Origin: Reyranella sp.
GTDB taxonomy: Bacteria; Pseudomonadota; Alphaproteobacteria; Reyranellales; Reyranellaceae
DNA length: 64,000 nt
Direction: 5' to 3'
Assembly: GCF_004296935.1 (NCBI RefSeq)
Contig: NZ_SCVH01000097.1
Location: forward strand, 6,093 to 70,092
In this document: piece after piece, positions 10,150 through 19,546 of the stretch
Numbering within the stretch: the stretch's first letter is position 1
Layout: the number at the start of each line of letters is the position of its first letter
Made by a program: the position numbers and the translations under genes
Notes under the pieces: model-generated
What the model was told of the DNA's origin: nothing
The model's database searches: none
The model's input: only the letters and a program-made list of their open reading frames with translations

Positions 10150-10614
10150 GTGACAATCTCCCTCTACATCGACGCCGACGCCTGCCCGGTCAAGACGGAG
10201 ATCTACCGCGTCGCCGAACGCTACGCCCTCAAGGTCTATGTCGTCAGCAACTCCTACATCAACGTGCCGCGCGATCCGCGCATCGAGCGAGTGGTGGTAA
10301 GCGACGGCTTCGACGCCGCCGACGACTGGATCGCCGAGCGTGTCGGGCCGCGGGACATCGTGATCACCTCGGACATTCCCCTGGCCGATCGCAGCCTGAA
10401 GAAGGGCGCGGCGGCGATCGGCTCGACGGGCGTGGCCTTCACCACCTCGTCGATCGGCATGGCGATGGCCAGCCGCGAGCTGATGTCCAACCTGCGCGCC
10501 ATGGGCGAGATGACAGGCGGCCCAAAGCCGATGAGCCCGCGCGACCGCTCGCGCTTCCTGTCGACGCTCGACGAGACGATCCAGAAGCTGCGGCGGGCGT
10601 CAGGGGGCGGCTGA
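10150..10614 (+). CDS. YaiI/YqxD family protein (DUF188)
   Basis: [11 protein letters not shown] motif at the N-terminus and a length of about 155 aa. GTG start at 10150, in frame with listed ORF 9496..10614, whose upstream part is antisense to the TetR gene. Confidence 0.75.
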   Translation: MTISLYIDADACPVKTEIYRVAERYALKVYVVSNSYINVPRDPRIERVVVSDGFDAADDWIAERVGPRDIVITSDIPLADRSLKKGAAAIGSTGVAFTTSSIGMAMASRELMSNLRAMGEMTGGPKPMSPRDRSRFLSTLDETIQKLRRASGGG

Positions 10615-10624
10615 AGTTGCCGCT

Positions 10625-12217
10625 TCAGGGCTTGTCGAGCCAGATGTCCTCGAACCGGAAGCCGTTGTACGTGCTGTTGACGTGGGAGACGTAGCCCTTG
10701 ACGTAGGGCTGCCAGCAGGTCGCGGCGCGGGTCCACATGAGCGGCGGTCGCGCGCCGTCAGCCAGAAGCCTCGAGTCGATGTCCCGGACCAGCTCGCGGC
10801 GCTTCTCGAAGTCGGACTCGGCCGACTGGATGTCGAACAGCCGTTCGATCTGGGGGTTGCAGTAGCCGCTGCCGTTGCGTTCCGACCGGCACGAGAAATT
10901 CTCGTAGAAGGCCTGGTCGGGATCGTCGACGCCGTTGCCGGTGGTGTTGACGGCGATCGAGTAGTCCTTGCGATTGAGCCGGGTGAACCAGTGCGACGTC
11001 TCGACGACGTCGAGCGTGGCGTTGATATGAATCTCCTTGAGCTGGTCGATCAGCACCTGCGACGGACTCTTGTAGAGCGCGATGCCGCGCGTCGCGACTT
11101 TCATCTCCAGGCGCCGATCGTGGCTGTAGCCCGCCTTGGCCATGAGCGCGCGCGCCTGCTCGCGGTTCTCCGCGACGTCGGGCCCGTAGCCGTCGATCGC
11201 CGCCAGCCGGTCGGGCGGGATCCCCCACAGGCCGTCACCCAGTGGCTGGAGGCTGCCGCCGATCTCGCCCTCGCCTTCGCTGAGGGCGGCAATGAAGGCT
11301 TTGCGGTCGAGCGCCAGAGTGAGCGCCCGGCGGATGTCCGGATTGTCGAAGGGCGCGGCGTCGCGATTGACCAGCAGGTTGGTGTTGCTGTTCATCGACG
11401 TGGTCTCGCATATCGCCTTCGACGAAGGCCGCCGCGCTTCACGGAGCTGCGGGACCGTCACCTCCCAGGGGAAAGTGATGTCGAAGCGGCCGGCGAGGAA
11501 GCTCAGCAGCGCCGTTCGGGAGCTGGTGACGATGGTGAACTCGATGCCGTCGAGATAGGGCCGACCCGGCTTCCAGTAGTCCGTATTGCGCACCAGCTTG
11601 ACGCGCTCGAACTGCACGAACGAGTCGAACTTGAACGGTCCGGTGCCGACCGGCCGCGTCCGCATCTGGGCGGTCGGGACGTGGCAGGGGTAGATCGGCG
11701 AGAAGCCCGATGCGAGCAGCGAGAGAAGCGACGGTTGCGGCCGGTTGAGGTAGATCGTGACCTCGTGGTCGCTGCTGCTGTGAACGTAGTTGATGTTGCG
11801 GTACCACGCCGCGCGCGGATTGCGGCGCAGCTTGTCGCGGACGCGGCCGGTCAGCAGGCCGAAGGTGCATTCCACGTCGGCTGCCGTGAAGGGCATGCCA
11901 TCGTGCCACCGCACGCCCTGCCGCAGCTTGAACGTGAGCTCGGTCCCGTCGTCGCTCCAGCTCCACGATTCGGCGAGGTCGGGAACGATCGTCTGCTCGC
12001 TGTTCTGGGCGGTGCCCTGATGGAACAGGACGAGGTTGTTGAACACCGGCATGAAGGGCACGACCGTCGCGATGGTGTGCTCCTCGTGGATCGACGTGCT
12101 CGGGGGATTGTCGCGCTGGAACATGCGGAGCACGCCGCCACTCTTCTGGCCGAGCGCCGTCCCGCTCGAGCACAGCATCGCGACCATCATGCCGCTGATC
12201 AGAATCCGCGAACGCAT
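10625..12217 (-). CDS. ABC transporter substrate-binding protein, family 5 (peptide/nickel type)
   Basis: 530 aa with a signal peptide (MRSRILISGMMVAMLCSSGTALG). Family-5 architecture with LRQGVRWHDG and DYWKPGRPYLD segments. Confidence 0.85.
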   Translation of the reverse strand: MRSRILISGMMVAMLCSSGTALGQKSGGVLRMFQRDNPPSTSIHEEHTIATVVPFMPVFNNLVLFHQGTAQNSEQTIVPDLAESWSWSDDGTELTFKLRQGVRWHDGMPFTAADVECTFGLLTGRVRDKLRRNPRAAWYRNINYVHSSSDHEVTIYLNRPQPSLLSLLASGFSPIYPCHVPTAQMRTRPVGTGPFKFDSFVQFERVKLVRNTDYWKPGRPYLDGIEFTIVTSSRTALLSFLAGRFDITFPWEVTVPQLREARRPSSKAICETTSMNSNTNLLVNRDAAPFDNPDIRRALTLALDRKAFIAALSEGEGEIGGSLQPLGDGLWGIPPDRLAAIDGYGPDVAENREQARALMAKAGYSHDRRLEMKVATRGIALYKSPSQVLIDQLKEIHINATLDVVETSHWFTRLNRKDYSIAVNTTGNGVDDPDQAFYENFSCRSERNGSGYCNPQIERLFDIQSAESDFEKRRELVRDIDSRLLADGARPPLMWTRAATCWQPYVKGYVSHVNSTYNGFRFEDIWLDKP

Positions 12218-12278
12218 TTCGTTGTACCCACACGCTCGACATCCAGCGCAGGCTCGTGATGCCGTCAGCTAACAGTAC

Positions 12279-12304
12279 AACGCTTCGCGGCTGCCGATAG
12301 TTCC
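12279..12304 (-). promoter_or_regulatory. candidate EcfG-type (GSR) promoter GGAAC-N17-CGTT upstream of the ABC binding-protein gene
   Basis: Minus strand reads GGAACtatcggcagccgcgaagCGTT, about 60 nt upstream of the ATG at 12217. Confidence 0.4.
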
Positions 12305-12394
12305 ATTCGTGCACACCCGATTCGCGCCAGCACCGTGGCGAAGGCGAACAGGCAACATCGTTAGTGAAGAAACAAACGATACAACACACACGGA

Positions 12395-13474
12395 TCATGC
12401 AGCTTCTGTCCGCCGCATGGCCTGCGAGTAGCGCGGGCAGACTTCCTTGGCGAAGCGGATCATCATCTTCTGGCGCAACTCGATCGGCGTGCCGGGCGTC
12501 GCGCACGACACCATGAAGTAGTTGAAGCCAAGAGCCGCCAGTTGGTCGATCCGCCGGCAGATGGTCTCGGGGCTGCCGACGAGGTTGGAGTCCATGAAGG
12601 GGCCGAGCTCCGACGGATCGGTGAGCTTGCGCAGGTTGGCGAACATGCGGCTGAAATCCTGGTACTCCGGGATGTCGGCCCACGGGTTGGCATCGGACTC
12701 GTAGTGGGTGCATTGCAGGTCGAAGTAGGGCGGGTAGTGACGGCGGCCCAGCGCGCGCGCCTCCTCGTCGGTGTCGGCGATGAACAGCTTGACCGAGATC
12801 GGCAGGATCGCGTCCCGCGCCGCGCTGCCGACGCGTGCGCGCCAGCGCTCCAGGATCCTGGCCAGCAGCTTGTCGGGAAAGGTCGAGAGGCAGATCGGCG
12901 CCACGCCGAGATCGCCCATCACCTCGGCGCTCGCCGGGCTGCCGATGGCGCCGTAGAAGCGCACCTTCTTGGCTACCGGCTCGGGCCGGATGCGGACCGG
13001 CTGCGCGATCTTCCAGAATTGGCCGTCGTGGGTGAAGGGCTCGCCCGCCAGCCCCTTCTCGACGATGCGGTAGCATTCGGCGAAGCGCGCGCGCGCCTCG
13101 TTCATGTCGACGTTGTAGGCGTCGTACTCCATCTTGGCGGTGCCGCGGCCGATGCCGAGATGCAGCGTGCCGCGGGTCATGCTGTTCAGCATGGCGATTT
13201 CCTCGGCCAGCCGCAGCGGATGGTACCACGGCAGCACCAGCACCGAGGTGCCGAGCGAGAGGTCGGGAAAGGCCGCCGCGATATGCGCCATGAACAGGAG
13301 CGGGCTCGGCGTCGGATAGTAGTCGCTGAAATGGTGTTCGAGCAGCCAGGCGGCGTCGAACCCGAGTTTCTGGCCGAGGGCGCAGTCGTCCATGACCTCG
13401 CGATAGAGCGCCTGGTCCGACTTGTGGACGTCGCTGGCGGGTGCCGCCTGGAAACCAAATGCGATGTCGCCCAT
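12395..13474 (-). CDS. LLM-class (luciferase-like) flavin-dependent oxidoreductase
   Basis: 359 aa. LGFDAAWLLEHHF and GTLHLGIGRG segments are typical of bacterial luciferase-like monooxygenases. Confidence 0.8.
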   Translation of the reverse strand: MGDIAFGFQAAPASDVHKSDQALYREVMDDCALGQKLGFDAAWLLEHHFSDYYPTPSPLLFMAHIAAAFPDLSLGTSVLVLPWYHPLRLAEEIAMLNSMTRGTLHLGIGRGTAKMEYDAYNVDMNEARARFAECYRIVEKGLAGEPFTHDGQFWKIAQPVRIRPEPVAKKVRFYGAIGSPASAEVMGDLGVAPICLSTFPDKLLARILERWRARVGSAARDAILPISVKLFIADTDEEARALGRRHYPPYFDLQCTHYESDANPWADIPEYQDFSRMFANLRKLTDPSELGPFMDSNLVGSPETICRRIDQLAALGFNYFMVSCATPGTPIELRQKMMIRFAKEVCPRYSQAMRRTEAA

Positions 13475-13615
13475 CTCCGTCCCCTCGTTGCCTTATTCGG
13501 CTGGCAGGATAGCAGCGATTGCCGGTTCAGGGTCGCCGCGCAAAAGTGGTAAATTTCGCGCAAGCAGGCAGCGGTTCCGGTGAACCCTGGGCGCCTTCGT
13601 GCGTTGATAGAGGCT

Positions 13616-16600
13616 ATGTCCGTGCGTATTCGAAAATGGATGGTCTGGGCGGCCGCCGTCATTGGCGTGCCGGTGCTTGCCTGGAGCGCCGCGCCGTATC
13701 TGGTCGACATGGAGGTCTTCAAGCCGGCCATGGTGGAGGCCGTCCGCCAGGCCACGGGGCGCGAACTGGTGATCGACGGACCGATCGAGCTCTCCATGTA
13801 TCCCGCGCCGGGCATTTCTGCTCGCCAGGTCCACTTTGCCAACGCCGTCGGCACCAAGGGCGCCCAGATGCTCGATGTGCGGCGCGTGGTGGTGCGGCCG
13901 TCGCTGCTGGCCCTGCTGCAGGGACGGATCGAAGTCGGCACCCTCGTCCTCGTGCGCCCCACCATCGTGCTCGAGACCGACGCCAACGGAAAGCCCAACT
14001 GGGAATTCACGCCGGGCGCCGGTGCCGCCCAGCCGGCCGGCGTGCCGGCCGCCGGCTTCCATCTAGCGATCGGCCGGCTCGCCATCATCCGCGGCAAGCT
14101 GAACTACACCGATCCGCGCACCGGCAGGACGACCGTGGCAGAGGATGTACGCGCGCAGGCGTCAGTGGGCTCGTTCGAGGGACCGTTCGCCATCGCCGGC
14201 ACGGCGACCGTGAACGGAGTTCCCCTGAAGCTCGATCTCAAGGTCGGACAGCGTACCGACAAGGGCAGCGACGTCGCGGTCAAGTTGGAACTCGCCAGCG
14301 GCAAGCTGGACTTCGCCGGTCGCTGGTCCGGATTCGGCGCGGACGGGCGGATCGCCGGCCATCTTTCGGTCGCCACGGGTCTGTTGACCGATTTCATCTC
14401 TGCCCTCCTCACCGTTGCCGGGCAGGACAAGCCCGCCTTCGACTCCTCCGTCATCGGCCGGTTTGCCTTCGACGGCGGCGTCGAGGTATCGCCGGAGCGG
14501 GTCGCCATCACCGACTTCAAGATGGGAATTGGCGACGAGACCGCGACAGGCTCGCTCGCTCTCTCGAACAAGCCCGCGCTGCTGCTCGACGGCCACGTGG
14601 CGCTGGCCAAGGTCGATCTCGAGAAGTGGCTGGAGCTGCTCGAGAAGCCCGGCCTGCTGGCGATGCTGAAGCCGCCGGCGGAAACCGCCGCGGTCAAGGC
14701 GCCAGCCAAGCCACCCGCGACCGTCGCACGCTCGCCTTTCCCGCCTGAGCTCGGCGTGTCGGTATCGGTCGATGTCGCCGAACTGCTCTACCGCAAGGGC
14801 ACGATCCGCGACCTGTCGGTGGCCGTCGACATCCGCAAGGGCGTCGTCGCTTTTCCCCGCGTGCAGGCCGTGCTGCCGGGCGAGATGGCCCTGCGGGCGG
14901 CCACGGTGGCAAACGGCGATGCCGCCAAGCCTGCCGCCAACGGCGAGTTCAGTCTGAGCGGACCGAAGCTGCGCGAGACGCTGAAGTGGCTCGCGATCGA
15001 CACTTCGGGCGTGCCGTCGGCGCGCCTGCAGACGCTGAGCGCCCAGGGCAAGATAGCCTCGGCAGCCGACAAGGTGCAGGTGAGCGAGGCCACCTTCGCC
15101 CTCGACGGCGTGAGCGCGACCGGCAGCGGCAGCCTCACCCTGGCCGTGCCGATCGGCGTCGCGGTACAAGTCCAGATCGATCGCTTCGACCTCGATGGCT
15201 ATCTGCCCGAACCGGCCCTGGCCGCGGTATTGCCCACGGCGGCGCCGGCCGCGGTGGCGGCGCCTGCGGCCACCAGCGTCCCGGCCGATCCGGCGGCGCC
15301 GAGCTTCGGGCTGAAAGCCAGGATCGCCAGCCTCGTCTACCGCGGCCAGCCCCTGAAGGGCGTCGAGGCGGACGTGGTCATGCAGGGCCGGCTTCTCAAG
15401 TTGAACGGCCTCAAGGTAGCCGATCTCCTGGGTGCCAAGTTCGACCTGCGCGGGCAGGTGAGCGATTTCGGCACGGCGCCGCGTTTCGACGTCACCTTCA
15501 ACACCAACCTGCCGGATGCCGACCGGCTGCTCGACTATGCGGCGTTGCCGAAATTCCTGAACGGCAGGATCGGCGCGGCGTCGGCCAGTGGCGGCGTGGC
15601 GGGAACGGCCGATGCGCTGGCGCTGCGCAACGTCGCCGTCACCATGCTGGGCGTCACCGCCCACGCCACCGGCAACCTGGTGCTGGGCGAGAAATTCCGC
15701 TTCGACTTCGCCGCCTTCGACCTCAAGACGGCTGACGCGAGCCGGCTGGTGTCGGTCGCCACGGGCCGGAACCAGACCGGCGTCGGGGCGATCTCGGCTG
15801 CCGGCAGCTTCAAGGGCAATGCCGATCGCGCGACCTTCGAGGGCACTCTCCAGGCGTTGGCGACGTCGATGTCGGGCAAGATCGACGCGACGCTGGGCGC
15901 CCGGCCGAACATCACGGCCAATCTGAAAATCCCCGGCACGCTCGACTTCGACAAGTGGCTGGGCGTCTCGTCCGGCGGCGCGCCCCCGGGCGTGCCCGGC
16001 CCTGCGGCGCCGGCTGCGCCGCCGGGGTCGGGGCAGGCGCCGGTCGCCGTCCCGCGCGCGGCCACGGCCAAGGCCATCGACCTGTCGGCCTTGCGCGCCT
16101 TCGACGCCTCGCTGACGCTGTTCACCAGCGCCATCTCGGTCGGCTCGGTCCAGGTGACCTATGCCGACCTGTCGGCCACCCTCAGGAACGGCGTCTTCAG
16201 GATCGCCAAGCTCACCGGCCAGTTCTATGGCGGCGCCGTCGACTTCGCCGGCACGGTCGATGCGTCCAGGCAGACGATGACGGTGGATCTCGCCGGCAGC
16301 CTGCAGGGAATCTACCTGGGAGAGATGATGCGCGGCACGGCCGGCACCAACAGCTTCGGCAACGACAACCTGGGCGTGGCGGTCGACGGCAAGATCAGCA
16401 TCATGAACATCGAGCTCAAGGGCAGCGGCGACTCGCCCCAGGCGATCCGCGATTCGCTCGTCGGGCGCGGGCAGGTGAGCGGCTATCTCTATCCTTCGGT
16501 CAACCGGGGCTCGCTCTCCTTTGCCTCCTTCGCCACCGGCGTCGGCAGCATCTTCAGCAGCGAGATGGGCTTCAACTCGGCGGTACTGGCGGGCTTCATC

Positions 16601-16843
16601 AACCACCAGAGCACCGTCACCGGCGAGCTTCGCCTCGGTGGTGGCACGCTCAGCCTGCAGAACCATACGGTGCAGGGCCAGAACACGGTGGCCCTCATCA
16701 CCAGCCACAACAGCCTGACGGCGGCGACCACCGACACCACGATCGGCATCGACACCGGCCGGCGCGGTCCGGCGGATTACGTCATGACGGTGAAGGGGCC
16801 GCTGTCGTCGCCCACCATGAGCACGGGGCGCGGCGCGAACTGA
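13616..16843 (+). CDS. AsmA family protein (large envelope-biogenesis protein)
   Basis: About 1075 aa with a single N-terminal membrane anchor (RKWMVWAAAVIGVPVLAW), then a long Ala/Gly/Val-rich beta-type region typical of AsmA-like proteins. Start could also be GTG 13580. Confidence 0.7.
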   Translation: MSVRIRKWMVWAAAVIGVPVLAWSAAPYLVDMEVFKPAMVEAVRQATGRELVIDGPIELSMYPAPGISARQVHFANAVGTKGAQMLDVRRVVVRPSLLALLQGRIEVGTLVLVRPTIVLETDANGKPNWEFTPGAGAAQPAGVPAAGFHLAIGRLAIIRGKLNYTDPRTGRTTVAEDVRAQASVGSFEGPFAIAGTATVNGVPLKLDLKVGQRTDKGSDVAVKLELASGKLDFAGRWSGFGADGRIAGHLSVATGLLTDFISALLTVAGQDKPAFDSSVIGRFAFDGGVEVSPERVAITDFKMGIGDETATGSLALSNKPALLLDGHVALAKVDLEKWLELLEKPGLLAMLKPPAETAAVKAPAKPPATVARSPFPPELGVSVSVDVAELLYRKGTIRDLSVAVDIRKGVVAFPRVQAVLPGEMALRAATVANGDAAKPAANGEFSLSGPKLRETLKWLAIDTSGVPSARLQTLSAQGKIASAADKVQVSEATFALDGVSATGSGSLTLAVPIGVAVQVQIDRFDLDGYLPEPALAAVLPTAAPAAVAAPAATSVPADPAAPSFGLKARIASLVYRGQPLKGVEADVVMQGRLLKLNGLKVADLLGAKFDLRGQVSDFGTAPRFDVTFNTNLPDADRLLDYAALPKFLNGRIGAASASGGVAGTADALALRNVAVTMLGVTAHATGNLVLGEKFRFDFAAFDLKTADASRLVSVATGRNQTGVGAISAAGSFKGNADRATFEGTLQALATSMSGKIDATLGARPNITANLKIPGTLDFDKWLGVSSGGAPPGVPGPAAPAAPPGSGQAPVAVPRAATAKAIDLSALRAFDASLTLFTSAISVGSVQVTYADLSATLRNGVFRIAKLTGQFYGGAVDFAGTVDASRQTMTVDLAGSLQGIYLGEMMRGTAGTNSFGNDNLGVAVDGKISIMNIELKGSGDSPQAIRDSLVGRGQVSGYLYPSVNRGSLSFASFATGVGSIFSSEMGFNSAVLAGFINHQSTVTGELRLGGGTLSLQNHTVQGQNTVALITSHNSLTAATTDTTIGIDTGRRGPADYVMTVKGPLSSPTMSTGRGAN

Positions 16844-16908
16844 GCGGCGGCGTCGATCACAGAGCGCGCTCCCAGCTATGAGCTGATTTAACTCAAGTGG
16901 AATCTGCC

Positions 16909-17580
16909 CTAGGCAGCGCGGTTCTTCAGGATTTCCCAGGCGCGGGTGAAAGACTGCGCCATCTCCTCGGCCGGCACGGCGCCGGAGAACAGGACATGGC
17001 CCTGCAGGGCGAAGCTCGGAACGCCCTGGATGCCGGCGTTGCGTGCCATCTGGTCGCCCGCCAGCACTTCCTTCCGGCCCTCGTCGCCGGCCAGCATCGC
17101 CAGCACCGCGTCGCGGTCGAGGCCGCCCTCGGCGCCGATGGTGGCCAGGACCTGCGTGTCGCCGATGTCGGCGCCGTTGCAGAAATAGCCCTCGAACAGC
17201 GCCTCGACGACGCCGTCCTGCACGCCCTTCTGGCCGGCCAGCCGGATCAACCGGTGCGCGTTCACGGTGTTGGGCGTGCGCGTGATGCGGTCGAGATGGA
17301 ATTCGAGGCCGACGGTGGCCGCCGTCTCGGTGATGCGCTGGTCGAGCTGCTGCGAGCGCTCGAGGCTGCCGAACTTGGCGATCCGGTACTGCTTGCGCTC
17401 GACGCCTTCGGGCGGCATCTCGGGATTGAGCTGGAAGGGATGCCAGGCGACGGTGACGGCGCAGTGCTTGCTGGCCAGGAGATCGAGCGCGCGCTCGAGC
17501 TGGCGCTTGCCGATGTAGCACCAGGGACAGATCGCGTCCGAGATGACGTCGATGCGGCCGACAGGCTGTGCCTGGTCCAT
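16909..17580 (-). CDS. DsbA family oxidoreductase (FrnE / 2-hydroxychromene-2-carboxylate isomerase-like)
   Basis: CPWC active-site motif in DVISDAICPWCYIGKRQLE. 223 aa. Confidence 0.85.
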   Translation of the reverse strand: MDQAQPVGRIDVISDAICPWCYIGKRQLERALDLLASKHCAVTVAWHPFQLNPEMPPEGVERKQYRIAKFGSLERSQQLDQRITETAATVGLEFHLDRITRTPNTVNAHRLIRLAGQKGVQDGVVEALFEGYFCNGADIGDTQVLATIGAEGGLDRDAVLAMLAGDEGRKEVLAGDQMARNAGIQGVPSFALQGHVLFSGAVPAEEMAQSFTRAWEILKNRAA

Positions 17581-17649
17581 GGCGTTTTCCTTTCCCTATT
17601 GCCATCCAGCGTATACCTGCGTGGAATCCCGGGCAACGAGGGGACCCCC

Positions 17650-18351
17650 ATGGAAAGACCGAAATACCGCTCTGCGCTGATCGTCGGGACCGGCCCGGGG
17701 CTCAGCGCCTCGCTGGCGCGCCTGTTTGCCGGCAACGGCCTCGCCGTCGCGCTGGCCGCGCGTCAGACCGACAAGCTGGCGGCACTGGCCAAGGAGACCG
17801 GCGCTTCCACCCATGCCTGCAATGCCGCCGATCCGAGGGAGGTTGCCGCCCTGTTCGAGGCGCTCGACGCCAAGGGCCGGACGCCCGACGTCGTCGTCTA
17901 CAACGCCAGCAACCGGGTGAGGGGTCCGCTGGTCGACCTGTCGCCCGACGACGTCAAACGCGCCATCGAGATCAGCGCCTTCGGTGCCTTCCTGGTCTCG
18001 CAGCAGGCGGCGAAGCGGATGCTGCCGCATGGGCACGGGGCGATCCTGCTGTCGGGCGCCACGGCCGGGGTAAAAGGCTTCGCCCTCTCGGCCACCTTCG
18101 CCATGGGCAAGTTCGCGCTGCGCGGCCTGGCGCAATCGATGGCGCGCGAGCTTGCGCCCAAGGGCATCCATGTCGCGCACTTCGTGATCGACGGCGGCAT
18201 CAGGAGTGCCGCGCGGCCGGTGCCGGCCGACAATCCCGACAGCCTGCTCGATCCCGACGCCATCGCCGAGACCTACTGGGCCACGTTGCAGCAGCACCGC
18301 AGCGCCTGGAGCTGGGAGGTCGAGGTCAGGCCGTGGGTCGAGAAGTTTTAG
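17650..18351 (+). CDS. SDR family oxidoreductase
   Basis: Glycine-rich dinucleotide motif (ALIVGTGPGLSASLA), NAS segment and Gly-rich SGATAG segment. ATG 17650 lies in frame inside listed ORF 16897..18351. Confidence 0.8.
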   Translation: MERPKYRSALIVGTGPGLSASLARLFAGNGLAVALAARQTDKLAALAKETGASTHACNAADPREVAALFEALDAKGRTPDVVVYNASNRVRGPLVDLSPDDVKRAIEISAFGAFLVSQQAAKRMLPHGHGAILLSGATAGVKGFALSATFAMGKFALRGLAQSMARELAPKGIHVAHFVIDGGIRSAARPVPADNPDSLLDPDAIAETYWATLQQHRSAWSWEVEVRPWVEKF

Positions 18352-18395
18352 ACTCTTCCGGACCGCGCGTCCCGCGCGCTCCCAGCGAAGAGGTT

Positions 18396-19058
18396 CTAGA
18401 GTTCGCCCCGCAGCAGCTTCAGTGCCTCGTGCAGGTCGCCCAGCACGCGCACGGCCTTGCTGCGGACCTCGGGGTGCGGCGCCACGATGTCGGGCACGAA
18501 GAAGGCCATGGTGCCGGCGGCGTGGGCGGCGGTGAGGCCGACATTGGAATCCTCGAAGGCGATGCAGCGCTCGGGCGCGACCCCCAGACGCCGGGCCGCC
18601 TCGAGATAGACGTCGGGTTCAGGCTTGGCGTGGGTGACATCGTCGCGCGTTGCCAGCGCCTGGAAGCGGCCGAGAAGCCCGGCGCGGGCGAGATGGTGCT
18701 CAGCGGTGGTGCGCCCGGCCGAGGTGGCGACCGCGCAGGGCACGCCGCGCGCTTCCAGGAAATCGAGCAGCTCGATCGCGCCGGCTTTCACCGGGATGCG
18801 CTCGTCGAGCAATTCCCGGATGTTGGTGGAGAAGTGGCCGCGGAAGGTCTCGATGCTGAAGCCCTCGCCGTAGAACGCCTGGATCATCAGGTTGCATTCG
18901 CGGCCGGGCACACCGACCATCGCGTGGCAGAGGGCGAGCGGCATGTCGAGATCGAGCCGCCGCGCCGCCGTCTGCATGGCCTGGATGTAGAGCGCTTCCG
19001 TGTCGAGCAGCAGACCGTCCATGTCGAAAAGGGCGGCCTCGATGGGTTTCCTGAGCAT
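18396..19058 (-). CDS. HAD-superfamily hydrolase, subfamily IA (beta-phosphoglucomutase/phosphatase-like)
   Basis: DMDGLLLDTE motif I (DxDGxxxDT) plus EDS/VG motifs near the C-terminus. Confidence 0.85.
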   Translation of the reverse strand: MLRKPIEAALFDMDGLLLDTEALYIQAMQTAARRLDLDMPLALCHAMVGVPGRECNLMIQAFYGEGFSIETFRGHFSTNIRELLDERIPVKAGAIELLDFLEARGVPCAVATSAGRTTAEHHLARAGLLGRFQALATRDDVTHAKPEPDVYLEAARRLGVAPERCIAFEDSNVGLTAAHAAGTMAFFVPDIVAPHPEVRSKAVRVLGDLHEALKLLRGEL

Positions 19059-19107
19059 GCTTTCGTTCTAAGCTCTGGGCCGGAAACGTCCAGCGGGAGA
19101 AAAATTC

Positions 19108-19458
19108 ATGCGCATCCATAACCTATATGTCGACGCAAAAGGCGAAACTCACTTCCGTGATATCGAAGTCGAATGGAAGAACGAAGGCCGCGGCGGCAAG
19201 ACCTCGGCGACGCTGCCCGCGACCGGAATCATCTTCCGTGAGACGCCCGGCACCTACGACTACGAATGGCATCCGGCACCACGCCGGCAATACATCATCA
19301 ATCTCGATGCCGGCGTCAGCATCCAGGCGAGCGACGGCGAAACCCGGATCATCGGCGCCGGCGAAGTCATCCTGGTCGAGGACACGCACGGCAAGGGCCA
19401 CTGCTCGAAGGCCATCGAGGGCAAGCTCCGCCATTCCATCTTCGTGCCGATCGAGTAA
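19108..19458 (+). CDS. small cupin-like protein (hypothetical)
   Basis: 116 aa, predicted beta-rich, with a GxxxxVEDTHGKGH segment resembling cupin metal motifs. No firm family assignment. Confidence 0.45.
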   Translation: MRIHNLYVDAKGETHFRDIEVEWKNEGRGGKTSATLPATGIIFRETPGTYDYEWHPAPRRQYIINLDAGVSIQASDGETRIIGAGEVILVEDTHGKGHCSKAIEGKLRHSIFVPIE

Positions 19459-19463
19459 TCCGT

Positions 19464-19534
19464 GGAGCGCGCCACTCCAGTGGCGCTCATAGGGTCCACA
19501 CCATGAGAAGAGCGCCACTGGAGTGGCGCGCTCC
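19464..19534. repeat. perfect 25-bp inverted repeat with 21-nt spacer; each arm is itself an 18-bp near-palindrome
   Basis: GGAGCGCGCCACTCCAGTGGCGCTC (19464-19488) is the exact reverse complement of 19510-19534. The arms contain GCGCCACT-CC-AGTGGCGC. Confidence 0.9.
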
Positions 19535-19546
19535 TATGAGGTTCCG

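Noticed and set aside
13581-13605. TGAAC-N16-CGTT as an EcfG-type promoter for asmA, next to the 14-bp palindrome GGTTCCGGTGAACC (13573-13586).
   Set aside because: The -35 deviates from GGAAC. The -10 ends only 10 nt before the preferred ATG (13616) and lies inside the ORF if GTG 13580 is the start. The evidence is too weak and geometrically awkward to call.
14162-17605. Very long ORFs antisense to or overlapping real genes: 14162..17605(-) 1147 aa, 2100..3923(+), 2326..3978(-), 22840..24438(-), 25430..27175(+), 51588..53789(-), 19487..21376(-), and many shorter ones.
   Set aside because: Their translations are low-complexity Arg/Ala/Gly/Pro/His-rich strings with no recognisable motifs. Each overlaps a gene on another frame or strand that has clear family signatures. 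Long spurious ORFs are expected in GC-rich DNA because stop codons are AT-rich.
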